DNA of 20,000 nucleotides, from IMG/VR virus record IMGVR_UViG_3300028895_001288. One strand, 5' to 3'. Each line of letters starts with the position of its first letter. Positions within the stretch are counted from its first letter, which is position 1. Positions 7,307 to 15,769 of the stretch are shown piece after piece. Origin of the DNA: an uncultured virus (IMG/VR IMGVR_UViG_3300028895_001288). Taxonomy: Duplodnaviria; Heunggongvirae; Uroviricota; Caudoviricetes. The notes beneath the pieces were generated by a model, which searched no databases, was not told the DNA's origin, and was given only the letters and a program-made list of their open reading frames with translations. The translations under genes were made by a program, and so were the position numbers.

Positions 7307-7675
7307 ATGAATCATCGGGCTTTCCTGCTTAAAGAGGCTGTGCAGAAGCGGTCCTACAGTCTGCTTCTGGGCCCTGTCGGCGGTGGTGCCGTGGGGGGCA
7401 CCATGGCCGCACGGAACATCGATCCCGAGCACAAGGAACGCATCAAGAAGATCCTGTACGGCGTGATGTACGGCACCGGCGGCGGCCTGATAGGAGGGGT
7501 GGGCGGACAGCTGGCCGGCGGCGCGGTGGGCGGTTTCGGTGGCAAGCACATCGGCAGGTTGGGGGGTATGGGGAGAGTCGGCGGAGCGGCCGGCATGACC
7601 CTCGGGGCGCTGCTGGGGGCCTTCGGAGGCATGGCTGCGGGCGGGCGCCTGGGCGGCATTAAAGCATCGGAATAG
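7307..7675 (+). CDS. Glycine-zipper membrane protein with the shared N-terminal leader (122 aa)
   Basis: Start reassigned to ATG 7307 (SD GAGGTGG at 7298-7304). Leader MNHRAFLLKEA and long GxxxG arrays (GGGLIGGVGGQLAGGAVGGFGG; GGAAGMTLGALLGAFGGMAAGG). Confidence 0.75.
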   Translation: MNHRAFLLKEAVQKRSYSLLLGPVGGGAVGGTMAARNIDPEHKERIKKILYGVMYGTGGGLIGGVGGQLAGGAVGGFGGKHIGRLGGMGRVGGAAGMTLGALLGAFGGMAAGGRLGGIKASE

Positions 7676-7679
7676 CGTC

Positions 7680-8285
7680 ATGAATGATCTGAAAAAGATG
7701 ATGGAGACGTACGAGCCGGGGCGGAAGATGTGGGGCGACATCAGGATCTTCCTGTTCGACCCCGTCACGAAACGGATCAAGCGCCTGATCCGCAGGCGCA
7801 ACCTGATCCTGTACAGCGGCGCGGACGTCCTGGCGCTGATGGCTTCGGGCGCGCCCGGCTTCCACGTCGCCACGATGTACATGGAGTACGAGAACCTGGC
7901 CGACCCCGGCGACACGCCGTCGATCCCGTCGTACGACCGCACGGGCGGCATCGCCTACTACAACGGCCTGTCCGCCTCCCCGAACAAGGACTTCCTGCGC
8001 ATTCCGATCACGGTGTCCCCGAGCCTGTCCTCGTCCGACGATGCCATCTACGACGGCAACGTGGTGACCTTCTTCGCCGTCTCGGAAGGCTTGGCAGGCT
8101 TCCACGGCAAACCGTTCGGGCCCTCATCGAACTCGGCGGTATACGGTGCGGGCCTGGTGGCCTCGCCCGACCCCAGCGATCAGACGCAGGACCGGGTGTT
8201 CGCCCGGACGTACACGGGCATCGGCAAGATCCTGAAGGAAACGGGTTTCGAGATCGGAATCACGTGGCAGTTGCGTTTCAATTGA
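7680..8285 (+). CDS. Putative tail-collar / baseplate-fibre attachment protein
   Basis: 201 aa. RRNLILYSGADVLA near the N-terminus and VYGAGLV...VFARTY...ILKETGFEIGITWQLRF at the C-terminus resemble phage tail-collar-type proteins. Lies between the wedge and fibre genes. Confidence 0.5.
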   Translation: MNDLKKMMETYEPGRKMWGDIRIFLFDPVTKRIKRLIRRRNLILYSGADVLALMASGAPGFHVATMYMEYENLADPGDTPSIPSYDRTGGIAYYNGLSASPNKDFLRIPITVSPSLSSSDDAIYDGNVVTFFAVSEGLAGFHGKPFGPSSNSAVYGAGLVASPDPSDQTQDRVFARTYTGIGKILKETGFEIGITWQLRFN

Positions 8286-8295
8286 GGTGGCGCCC

Positions 8296-10167
8296 ATGGC
8301 ATCCCCCGTCACACCCTGGATAAGCCGGGTCAATCCCATCCGCGATGGGGAAGAGGTACGCCAGCAGGTCGCGAACCGGTACCCGCACGAGCTGAAGGAT
8401 CGCACCCAGCACCTCAAGGACCTGCTGGACGCGATGAGTGCCGGACAGGCGCTGTTCCTGCGCGACGTGGCGCTCGACAGCGCCGTCGAGGTGGGGCACT
8501 ACGTCTACTGGGACGCCTCCGCGCTGGAGTACAAGCGGGCCGTGGCGGCCCTGGTCTACGACGCTTCGGTGGGCGGTCTGGTCGTGGCGGACTCCAGCTA
8601 CGCGGTCGGCATCGTGGTCTACAAGGCCGGCGCCACGCGCGGCGACATCCTGCAGACGGGCTTCCTCAACGGCGACTTCGACTTCACCAACACGATCGGC
8701 TCGGCGGGCGACACGGCGGCGGAGGCGGGCGCCTACTACCTGTCCGGGACCACGCCGGGCATGGCGGTCAAACAGAAGCCGCCCGTCGGCATCTACCTCA
8801 TGTTCCTGCGCGGCGACGGCGGCGCGCACGTGGCCCCGGCCCCCAGAGAGGTGCTGGAGGATCACATCCACTACGTGATGGATCTACACGCCCAACCGGC
8901 CGGCACGCTGGAATGCACCGAACCACACAACGAATACGAATTCCTTACCGTTGACGACACGATGCCAGGCTGGCTGCCGGCCGACCATTCATCGTTCAAC
9001 GGCGCGGCCCCCTCGGGTGCCGTGCTGGGCTACAACCTGGCCATGCACACGGAGCTGGAGCGCGTGTGGCCCCCGTTCCCCATGGACAGCGTCTTCGTGG
9101 AGCGCGACGGCGTGGGCGAGCACCCCAACCGCTACATCGTCGACGCCACGACGCTGTGGTGGACGGAGAAGTGCTACGGCAAGGCCCCGTGGTCGCCGGA
9201 GATCCTGGACTGCGGTTCGCCCGCCTCGTCATCGTCATCGTCTTCCTCGAGCAGCAGCAGCAGCGAGGCCGGACCCGTGGCGCGCGAGTGTGAGAGCGGC
9301 GGCGTGCTTGAGCAGATGGGCTTCGTCAAGGGCGACCCCTTCGAGCGGCGCTTGCGCCTGTACTTCACCAAGATGCTGGCGAAGACCTCCAACACGGTGG
9401 TGACCAGCCTGAGGGCGGCCGAGGGCAGCCCGATCACCGTGCAGGGCTGTGACGGGGAGGAAGCCGGCACCGGGGACCTGGAAGTCGACATCGACCTGGC
9501 GCTGGGCCTGACCGAAGGGGAGGGCGGCTACCAGGCGATCAAGGACATCGACGGGCTGACGTTCAAGCGCGGCCCCGTCATCGAGGCGATCAAGGCCGGC
9601 ACCAACGTTGAAATCAACGCGGTGTCGGGCGAGAGCGCCATGGACACGAACGGGTACGTGTACGGCAAGGCCGTGATCAACGCCGTACTGCCCGGTTCCG
9701 ACCAGCAGGAAGGCAGCATCGTGCTGGTCTCGCTGGACAAGGCGCGCGAGGACGTGGTCGATGACATCTTCGTGCTGTCGCTGCCGGCCGGGATCAACTC
9801 CTCCTTCCGCGGCAAGATCGACGTGCCCCGCGACGGGATCGTGGCCAACCCGCAGATGGAGCTGTGGTTCTGGCTGCTGGCCAACTCGGCCGGCGAGCTG
9901 CCCGAGCTGCCGCTTTCGTACCGCCGCCTGCCCCGCCCGGACGGGTGTACGTCCCTGGCGTGGCCGGAGGCCGACACGGCGCTGGCGAACCTGAACCCGG
10001 GCTGCGGCACCCTGACCGCCAAGCGCTACGTGGAGGTGACCGGCGCGGCCTTCTCCATCGCCGAGGGCGACCAGGTGAACTTCGAGTTGGGACGGCTCTC
10101 TACGGACACGTACGCGGGCAAGGTGAGCATCGCCCGCATGGGCTTTCGGATAACAGCAGGCAGCTAG
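8296..10167 (+). CDS. Multi-domain virion structural protein, probably a tail fibre or baseplate appendage
   Basis: Start at ATG 8296 after SD GAGGTGG. N-terminal VANRYPHELKDRTQHLK resembles the 'ANR...L.NRT..LK' motif of tail fibre N-termini. Contains a poly-Ser linker at 9226-9264 and a beta-rich C-terminal domain. Confidence 0.6.
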   Translation: MASPVTPWISRVNPIRDGEEVRQQVANRYPHELKDRTQHLKDLLDAMSAGQALFLRDVALDSAVEVGHYVYWDASALEYKRAVAALVYDASVGGLVVADSSYAVGIVVYKAGATRGDILQTGFLNGDFDFTNTIGSAGDTAAEAGAYYLSGTTPGMAVKQKPPVGIYLMFLRGDGGAHVAPAPREVLEDHIHYVMDLHAQPAGTLECTEPHNEYEFLTVDDTMPGWLPADHSSFNGAAPSGAVLGYNLAMHTELERVWPPFPMDSVFVERDGVGEHPNRYIVDATTLWWTEKCYGKAPWSPEILDCGSPASSSSSSSSSSSSSEAGPVARECESGGVLEQMGFVKGDPFERRLRLYFTKMLAKTSNTVVTSLRAAEGSPITVQGCDGEEAGTGDLEVDIDLALGLTEGEGGYQAIKDIDGLTFKRGPVIEAIKAGTNVEINAVSGESAMDTNGYVYGKAVINAVLPGSDQQEGSIVLVSLDKAREDVVDDIFVLSLPAGINSSFRGKIDVPRDGIVANPQMELWFWLLANSAGELPELPLSYRRLPRPDGCTSLAWPEADTALANLNPGCGTLTAKRYVEVTGAAFSIAEGDQVNFELGRLSTDTYAGKVSIARMGFRITAGS

Positions 10168-10176
10168 GGATGAGAC

Positions 10177-11106
10177 ATGCCTCCAGTAGGCCCGGTTTGG
10201 AACGCGGACTGGCTGAACGCGAACAGCCAGCGGCACTACCCGATCTCGGAGAGTGCCACCCTTAAGGACTTGACGGGCAGCTTCGAGTTGCCCAAGGACT
10301 TCCTTGTCGACCTGCTTCTGCCCGTACATTCCGATGCCGGCATCGATCCGACCCTCTTTCACGTGCACAGCGTCGGCATCTTCGGTACCGGCATCTCGCT
10401 GACGCTGGGCTACAACGGCACGGCAATCGGCAGCATCTCTACAGATTCATCGACGTTCACCGGCAACCAGAGCTTCATCTTCGAGGGGACGGGCGCCTTC
10501 TTCGACACGGTCGGGAAGGTGATCCTGGGTTCCCTGGACAACATCCTGAACTTTGCCGGCTCCTATGAGTTCGACGTCGCGGGGGCCCGTCTCGAACCAC
10601 ATGCCATCGTCCCGGACCTTCGCGGCGTATCTGCTCTGTACCTCAAGAACGGGGACGACACGATTGGTCCCCTGACCGGCGACATCGTCTTCCAGGCCGG
10701 CCGCAACTTCCTCATGAACTACGTGAACGGCCCGGCGGGAGAGCCGGACCGGCTCCTGATGAACGCCATCTCGGGTGAGGGGCTGACCGAGGACTGTGAC
10801 TGCGGGGAGGCCGCGTCGCGCCCCTGCATCGAGACCATCAACGGGATCAGCCCGGACGAGGACGGCGACTACACGCTTCTGGGTGACGAGTGTCTGGAGC
10901 TGGAAGCCATCGCCAACGGGCTCCAGCTAACGGACAAGTGTGCCAATCCCTGCTGCGGATGTCCTGAACTGGAGGTGGTGGAGACCCACATGCAGTCCCT
11001 GACGGAAGCCATCTACCGGCTCGAGCAGCAGGCGTCGAAGCTGGAAACGGCGATCATCACCATGGAGAACGTGATCCTTGCCTCCAAAACGGAACTTCAG
11101 GAATGA
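10177..11106 (+). CDS. Cys-rich virion structural protein, paralog family member 1
   Basis: N-terminal DWLNANSQRHYP, CIETINGISPDEDGD, PCCGC (CCGC at 10951-10962), and a C-terminal coiled coil. Confidence 0.65.
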   Translation: MPPVGPVWNADWLNANSQRHYPISESATLKDLTGSFELPKDFLVDLLLPVHSDAGIDPTLFHVHSVGIFGTGISLTLGYNGTAIGSISTDSSTFTGNQSFIFEGTGAFFDTVGKVILGSLDNILNFAGSYEFDVAGARLEPHAIVPDLRGVSALYLKNGDDTIGPLTGDIVFQAGRNFLMNYVNGPAGEPDRLLMNAISGEGLTEDCDCGEAASRPCIETINGISPDEDGDYTLLGDECLELEAIANGLQLTDKCANPCCGCPELEVVETHMQSLTEAIYRLEQQASKLETAIITMENVILASKTELQE

Positions 11107-12527
11107 CGCAGCCCGTCTTCGAGTTCTACAGTGCCAACGAGTTCCGCGAGTACCCCTTCGACACGCGGCGTGATGACGGTCTGCACGAGCTTTTCGTGGA
11201 CGCTTACGTGATGCATACGGCGCACCGGGATAACGCCGGACGCCTGCGCATGGTGAGTTTCAATACGACCGGGGACCTGGAGCTGCGCTTCGAGGACGGC
11301 ACGTTGCTGGGCACTCTCACAAGTGCAGACGGGTTTATTTCCAGCTCTTTTGGCCGCTATACCTTGTACGAATGGCGAAAATCAGTTACGTATGGGGCCG
11401 GGTTCACGTCAGAGGATCTTATCGCCCGCCTAGTGACAGTCACCGAGAAGTTGAGCAGCTTCTCTTTTCCAATCTCACCGTCAGACGCCTACCTCCTCGC
11501 CTCCAGGGTGAACCCACGTCCGTTGAACGTGATCTCCACGGCTTTGGCGTTCCCAGGTTTGGCTTGTTGTCTGGGCGGCCCCAATCGCAATGCTTTGCAG
11601 ATGGAATCAGGCTATAACCTTGAGCTTTCCACGCAAGCACCAGAAAGCGAAGTCGGCCTGGCCCTGGCCGAGACGCCGGAAGTGAGGGCACCGGAAGAAG
11701 TGTCCGTGTCGGCGTTGGCTGGCGCGGGCGCGGGCACCTTCCCCTTGTGCGAGGACCCCTCCGAGTTCGTGCGCTCGCTCAACGGTGTCCAGCCCAACGA
11801 CGAGAAGGACTTCCGCCTCGGACTGGTGGACTGCACCTGGGAGGAGACGCGGCTGGTGGGCGGCACCTCCTCGCCGGTCAATCCCAACACCGATTACCTG
11901 GGCTCGATCATCGATGCCACGGAGAAGATCATCCTGCAGCTGCACCAGGCCTGTCGGGCCTGCTGCGACTGCCCGGACTACGGCCGCGCCTACGACATCA
12001 TCTATACGACCTGGTCGCGCGCGAAGACCGTGAACAACCGTCTCATCGAGGTGCTTGGAGACTACGAGCGCATCCTGAACGAGTACAAGGAGATCAAGGC
12101 GGACCGCGAGACCGACCTGCAGGTGAAACTGCGCCTCATCGCGACGCCCGACTACCAGGTGGCCATCGCCGTGCAGATCGGGAACAACTCCCACACGGAC
12201 CTGAACCCGATGACGCTGACGGTCGACGCGAACAACGTTGCGTCGCCGACCATCTATCCCGTGTACACCGAGGGTAGCGGCTTCGTGGAGATGGAAGGTA
12301 CCCACAACGCACAGAGAGACCCAGCCGGAACGCCGGGCGGTCCCTTCACGCTCGAGATGCCGGCGCTGGCGCCCGGCAAGTACGCCATCTTTCGGATGGC
12401 GGTGCGGTACACCGGCAACCTGCGCTACCAGAAGTACTCGGAGGTTTCGGCAAGGGTGGTGAACGACGAGTTTGACGAGCTGGCGGAGCGGCGCATCCTG
12501 CTTCGTGGGCCCCTGGTGAAAGAATAA
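11103..12527 (+). CDS. Cys-rich virion structural protein, family member 2, with probable C-terminal Ig-like domain
   Basis: ATGA overlap. EFYSANEFREYP, VRSLNGVQPNDEKD, ACCDC (CCDC at 11961-11972) plus coiled coil, then DLQVKL...VQIGNN...LAPGKYAIFRM (DUF11/CARDB-like pattern). Confidence 0.65.
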   Translation: MTQPVFEFYSANEFREYPFDTRRDDGLHELFVDAYVMHTAHRDNAGRLRMVSFNTTGDLELRFEDGTLLGTLTSADGFISSSFGRYTLYEWRKSVTYGAGFTSEDLIARLVTVTEKLSSFSFPISPSDAYLLASRVNPRPLNVISTALAFPGLACCLGGPNRNALQMESGYNLELSTQAPESEVGLALAETPEVRAPEEVSVSALAGAGAGTFPLCEDPSEFVRSLNGVQPNDEKDFRLGLVDCTWEETRLVGGTSSPVNPNTDYLGSIIDATEKIILQLHQACRACCDCPDYGRAYDIIYTTWSRAKTVNNRLIEVLGDYERILNEYKEIKADRETDLQVKLRLIATPDYQVAIAVQIGNNSHTDLNPMTLTVDANNVASPTIYPVYTEGSGFVEMEGTHNAQRDPAGTPGGPFTLEMPALAPGKYAIFRMAVRYTGNLRYQKYSEVSARVVNDEFDELAERRILLRGPLVKE

Positions 12528-14086
12528 TGCTTGTCTTTTCGGAATGGCTGAACGCGAATGAGGTCCGCCGCTACCCCCTCCATGACAGTGCGAGCGGGGA
12601 GCTGCAGGACAATATCCTCGTGGACGCCCGGCTTTGGGTGCCCAAGAGCGCGGGGCGCGTGGTCTACGTCTCTTCCGTGGGCATCACCAGCGGGCTGGTC
12701 ACCCTGACCTTCCTGGCCGCGGCGGACTCCCCTTTCCTGGACGGCACCGGCACGCCGGTCTCCTTCACGCCGCTGGCGGTCGTGCGCGCCTCGCGGCCCG
12801 TGACCAGGTTCGTGAACATGGCCGTCGAGGCGCTCTACCCCGGCGTGGGTGGGTGGATCGCGCTCGGGGAAGGCGCCGTCGAGATCGAGAGCCTGAACGC
12901 CCGCTTTACCGGCCCGGCCGAGACCCAGCTCAACGAGCGCTGCGTGAACGTCTACGACGACGCGGCCGTGTCCAGCGTGGGCAAGGAAAACGTTGCCGAG
13001 GGGCTGACGGGCCTGATCACGCTCCGCGGCGAAGCCGGTGTGCTGAAGACGTTCAAGGCCACCCGTACGGTCGAAGGGGTGGACCGCGAGGTAGCCGTAG
13101 TGGCCATGGACCTGGGCGACAACAAGGTGTCCAGGCTGCAGGACTTCTCCGGCGTGTGTGGCGGCCGGCCGCAAGCCAACACCTGCAGGAAGCGCGTGGT
13201 CGAGCGGATCAACACGGTCACCCCGGACGACGACGGCAACATCGACCTGGTCTTCGAGGGGGACATGACGGTCGGGGACGTGCAGCGGGGGCTCATCGTG
13301 GACTTCCCCGTGGGACTGGACGACGTGTGCCCCGAGTCGATCTCCAACGAGATCCCGTTCCCCGTACCGGGCGGCCCGCCGAGCCCGACGCCGCCCGAGC
13401 CGCCGCCGGAACCGTCCGGGTCTTCGGGCCAGTCCGACTCATCCGAGGGGCTTCCTTCGGGCTATTGCGAGGACTTCGAGGACGGCGTGGCCGAGGAGCT
13501 GGACAACTTCGTGGGCAGCTTCACAATCGAGGACGTACCCGGGCGCACCAAGCGTTACGTCAGCGCCGCCGATGACACCGGTCAGCAGCTTGCCACCAAC
13601 TACCTGCGGCAGTTCAACACGGAAGAGGGTGAGACTTATACGGTCGTAAGCATCATTCGTCCGCGCAGCGTGGATGGCAAGAGTTTCCTGATCGCGGGCT
13701 TCAAGAACGACAACCTGTTCACGTTCGCTGGCATTACGTTGGAGAACGGGGGCAGCTTCTTCGTCGGCAACAAGAGCGGCGAGACAGGCGGGTCCTTCGG
13801 TAGCGGGTACAGACCCTACCTGGAGTTCGCCCCCGAGTGGGACACGCCGCCGGACACGGATTACCAGGTAACCTTCGCCATCTACTCGAGCGACATCGCT
13901 GAGATGAAGGTGGCGTGGAACGACGGCATCGCCGACCGGGAGCAGACACAGCTTGTGGTGCTGGCTTCCTTCCAGGAGAAGGGACGGCCCGGTCTGGGTG
14001 TGCTGAATTCGGAAACGGAGTTCGATGACTTCGGGGTCAACTGCGAAGAGTTCCCGTCGTCGTCATCGTCAAGTTCGGGGCCTTAA
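12527..14086 (+). CDS. Virion structural protein, family member 3, with probable C-terminal ConA/LamG-like lectin-fold domain
   Basis: TAATG overlap. EWLNANEVRRYP, VERINTVTPDDDGN, a Pro/Ser linker, then CEDFEDG...GRPGLGVLNSETEFDDFGV and a poly-Ser tail. Confidence 0.65.
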   Translation: MLVFSEWLNANEVRRYPLHDSASGELQDNILVDARLWVPKSAGRVVYVSSVGITSGLVTLTFLAAADSPFLDGTGTPVSFTPLAVVRASRPVTRFVNMAVEALYPGVGGWIALGEGAVEIESLNARFTGPAETQLNERCVNVYDDAAVSSVGKENVAEGLTGLITLRGEAGVLKTFKATRTVEGVDREVAVVAMDLGDNKVSRLQDFSGVCGGRPQANTCRKRVVERINTVTPDDDGNIDLVFEGDMTVGDVQRGLIVDFPVGLDDVCPESISNEIPFPVPGGPPSPTPPEPPPEPSGSSGQSDSSEGLPSGYCEDFEDGVAEELDNFVGSFTIEDVPGRTKRYVSAADDTGQQLATNYLRQFNTEEGETYTVVSIIRPRSVDGKSFLIAGFKNDNLFTFAGITLENGGSFFVGNKSGETGGSFGSGYRPYLEFAPEWDTPPDTDYQVTFAIYSSDIAEMKVAWNDGIADREQTQLVVLASFQEKGRPGLGVLNSETEFDDFGVNCEEFPSSSSSSSGP

Positions 14087-14087
14087 G

Positions 14088-14864
14088 ATGGCCGAGCGCA
14101 TCGTCGCCACCGAGTGGCGCAACAACAACGAGCGGGTCCGCTACCCCTTCGTGGACACCACCTCACTTACCAGCGAGGACGGTGCGGCCACGATCGACCA
14201 GGACCTCTTCGACGACGCGCGGCTCTACCCCGTGGGTGCCGCAGTGGGCGTGTACCTGCGCAAAATCAACGTGGACGGCAAGAACGTGACCTTTACGGTG
14301 GGGGACCCTGTCAATGGGGACCTGGCAGACGGTACTTATGACGCGACCTCCGCTCCGGCTGAGGTCCCGCTCTATGACGCCTACAACCGCCCCGCAGGCG
14401 TACTGGTATCGGACGCCGCGAGGCTGGGCGCACTGGCCGACCAGCTCCCGCAAGGCGAGACGGTCTTCGAGGCGGCGGCGACGGAATTTGTCGCGTCCGT
14501 CGTGATCCCCATGCCGCACCCCGGTGTGCGCGGTTTCCTGCTGGATGACGGCAACATCGTCTCCGGGGACGTGTGGCTGGTGGGCGAGGACGGGGTGGTG
14601 CTCTCCTACGAGGATGGGGCCATCCGCGTCGATGTGATCGGCGACCCCTACGCGCTCATCAAGGACTGCGAGGAGCAGGGCCAGCCGCTGCCCACGTTCA
14701 ACGGGCTGAAGACCCTCAACGACATCGAGCCGGACGACGCCGGCGACTTCAAGCTCCTGGTGGGTGGCAACCTGTCGGAGAAGCCCGTATTGCGGATCGC
14801 CACGCAGGGTGGCGGTCGCATCGAGTTCAAGCTGGTGGGCACCAGCGGGGTGAAGGAGATCTAG
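14088..14864 (+). CDS. Virion structural protein, family member 4
   Basis: Start reassigned to ATG 14088, 1 nt after the upstream TAA, which aligns with the family N-terminus. EWRNNNERVRYP and LKTLNDIEPDDAGD. Confidence 0.65.
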   Translation: MAERIVATEWRNNNERVRYPFVDTTSLTSEDGAATIDQDLFDDARLYPVGAAVGVYLRKINVDGKNVTFTVGDPVNGDLADGTYDATSAPAEVPLYDAYNRPAGVLVSDAARLGALADQLPQGETVFEAAATEFVASVVIPMPHPGVRGFLLDDGNIVSGDVWLVGEDGVVLSYEDGAIRVDVIGDPYALIKDCEEQGQPLPTFNGLKTLNDIEPDDAGDFKLLVGGNLSEKPVLRIATQGGGRIEFKLVGTSGVKEI

Positions 14865-14865
14865 G

Positions 14866-15762
14866 ATGGCCGAGCTGGAATTTCTCGACCACATGGACAA
14901 GATCGCCTTCCCGCTTGTGAACGGGGACGACCGGTCCTTCGTCGGCGGAGGCGCGCTGCCGCGGCAGGGCCTGTCCGACGCCGGCTTCCTGCTGGGGGTC
15001 GACAGCGGTTTCGTGGCCGCCACGCACACGGTCCGCCTGTACAGCTACGCGCGCTCCGGCAGCACCATGTCATTCGACTTCCGCTCCGACGCCATGGTCG
15101 AGCACCGCTTCCTGTTCGAGGTGCCTGCGACCACATCGTTCGGCAAGGCGTTCAGGGTGACGGCCACGCGGATCGTGGGGGGCGCCTCCGCGCCCAGCTA
15201 CGGCGAAGGCTACATCGTGGTCGGCAACCTGGAGGAGCTGGAAGCGCTGGGGGAAGGCACGTTCCTGTTGACGGGAACACTGCGGGTGGAGCCGGCGCTG
15301 CTGCAACCCCTGGTCAACACGCTGATGAACACGCTGAGCATCGCCAACGAGCCCAGGCTGTGCCCCACCGTCCCGGGCAGTTCCGCGGTGCCCGAGCCGG
15401 ACTACGTGTGCCCCTTCATCAAGAACCTGGACGGGGCGATCAAGTTCTCCGAGGGCAACAACGCCCGGGTCTCCGTGGACGCGGACAACAACGTGCTCCA
15501 GCTGGGCGGTGCCGTCGGGGCGGGGCTTGGAGAGCCCTGCGAGGATGTTATCATCGACGAGGACTGCGGGTTCACGCGCGGGGAGGAGTGCGACCCGTGC
15601 GACGATTACATCCGTTCGTTCAACGGGATGCAGACGGAAGACGGGGTGATCTACTTCACAGAGGGACCAGGGGTGGTGGTCATCAACGAGCCGGACGACC
15701 ACCGCATCCGCATCGTGATCGATTCGGACCTGAGGACGTGCACGTCCTCATCGACGCCGTGA
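14866..15762 (+). CDS. Cys-rich virion structural protein, divergent family member 5
   Basis: EFLDHMDKIAFP (degenerate N-motif), LSDAGF, GAGLGEPC, IRSFNGMQTEDG. Starts 1 nt after the upstream stop. Confidence 0.6.
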   Translation: MAELEFLDHMDKIAFPLVNGDDRSFVGGGALPRQGLSDAGFLLGVDSGFVAATHTVRLYSYARSGSTMSFDFRSDAMVEHRFLFEVPATTSFGKAFRVTATRIVGGASAPSYGEGYIVVGNLEELEALGEGTFLLTGTLRVEPALLQPLVNTLMNTLSIANEPRLCPTVPGSSAVPEPDYVCPFIKNLDGAIKFSEGNNARVSVDADNNVLQLGGAVGAGLGEPCEDVIIDEDCGFTRGEECDPCDDYIRSFNGMQTEDGVIYFTEGPGVVVINEPDDHRIRIVIDSDLRTCTSSSTP

Positions 15763-15769
15763 GGGTCAG

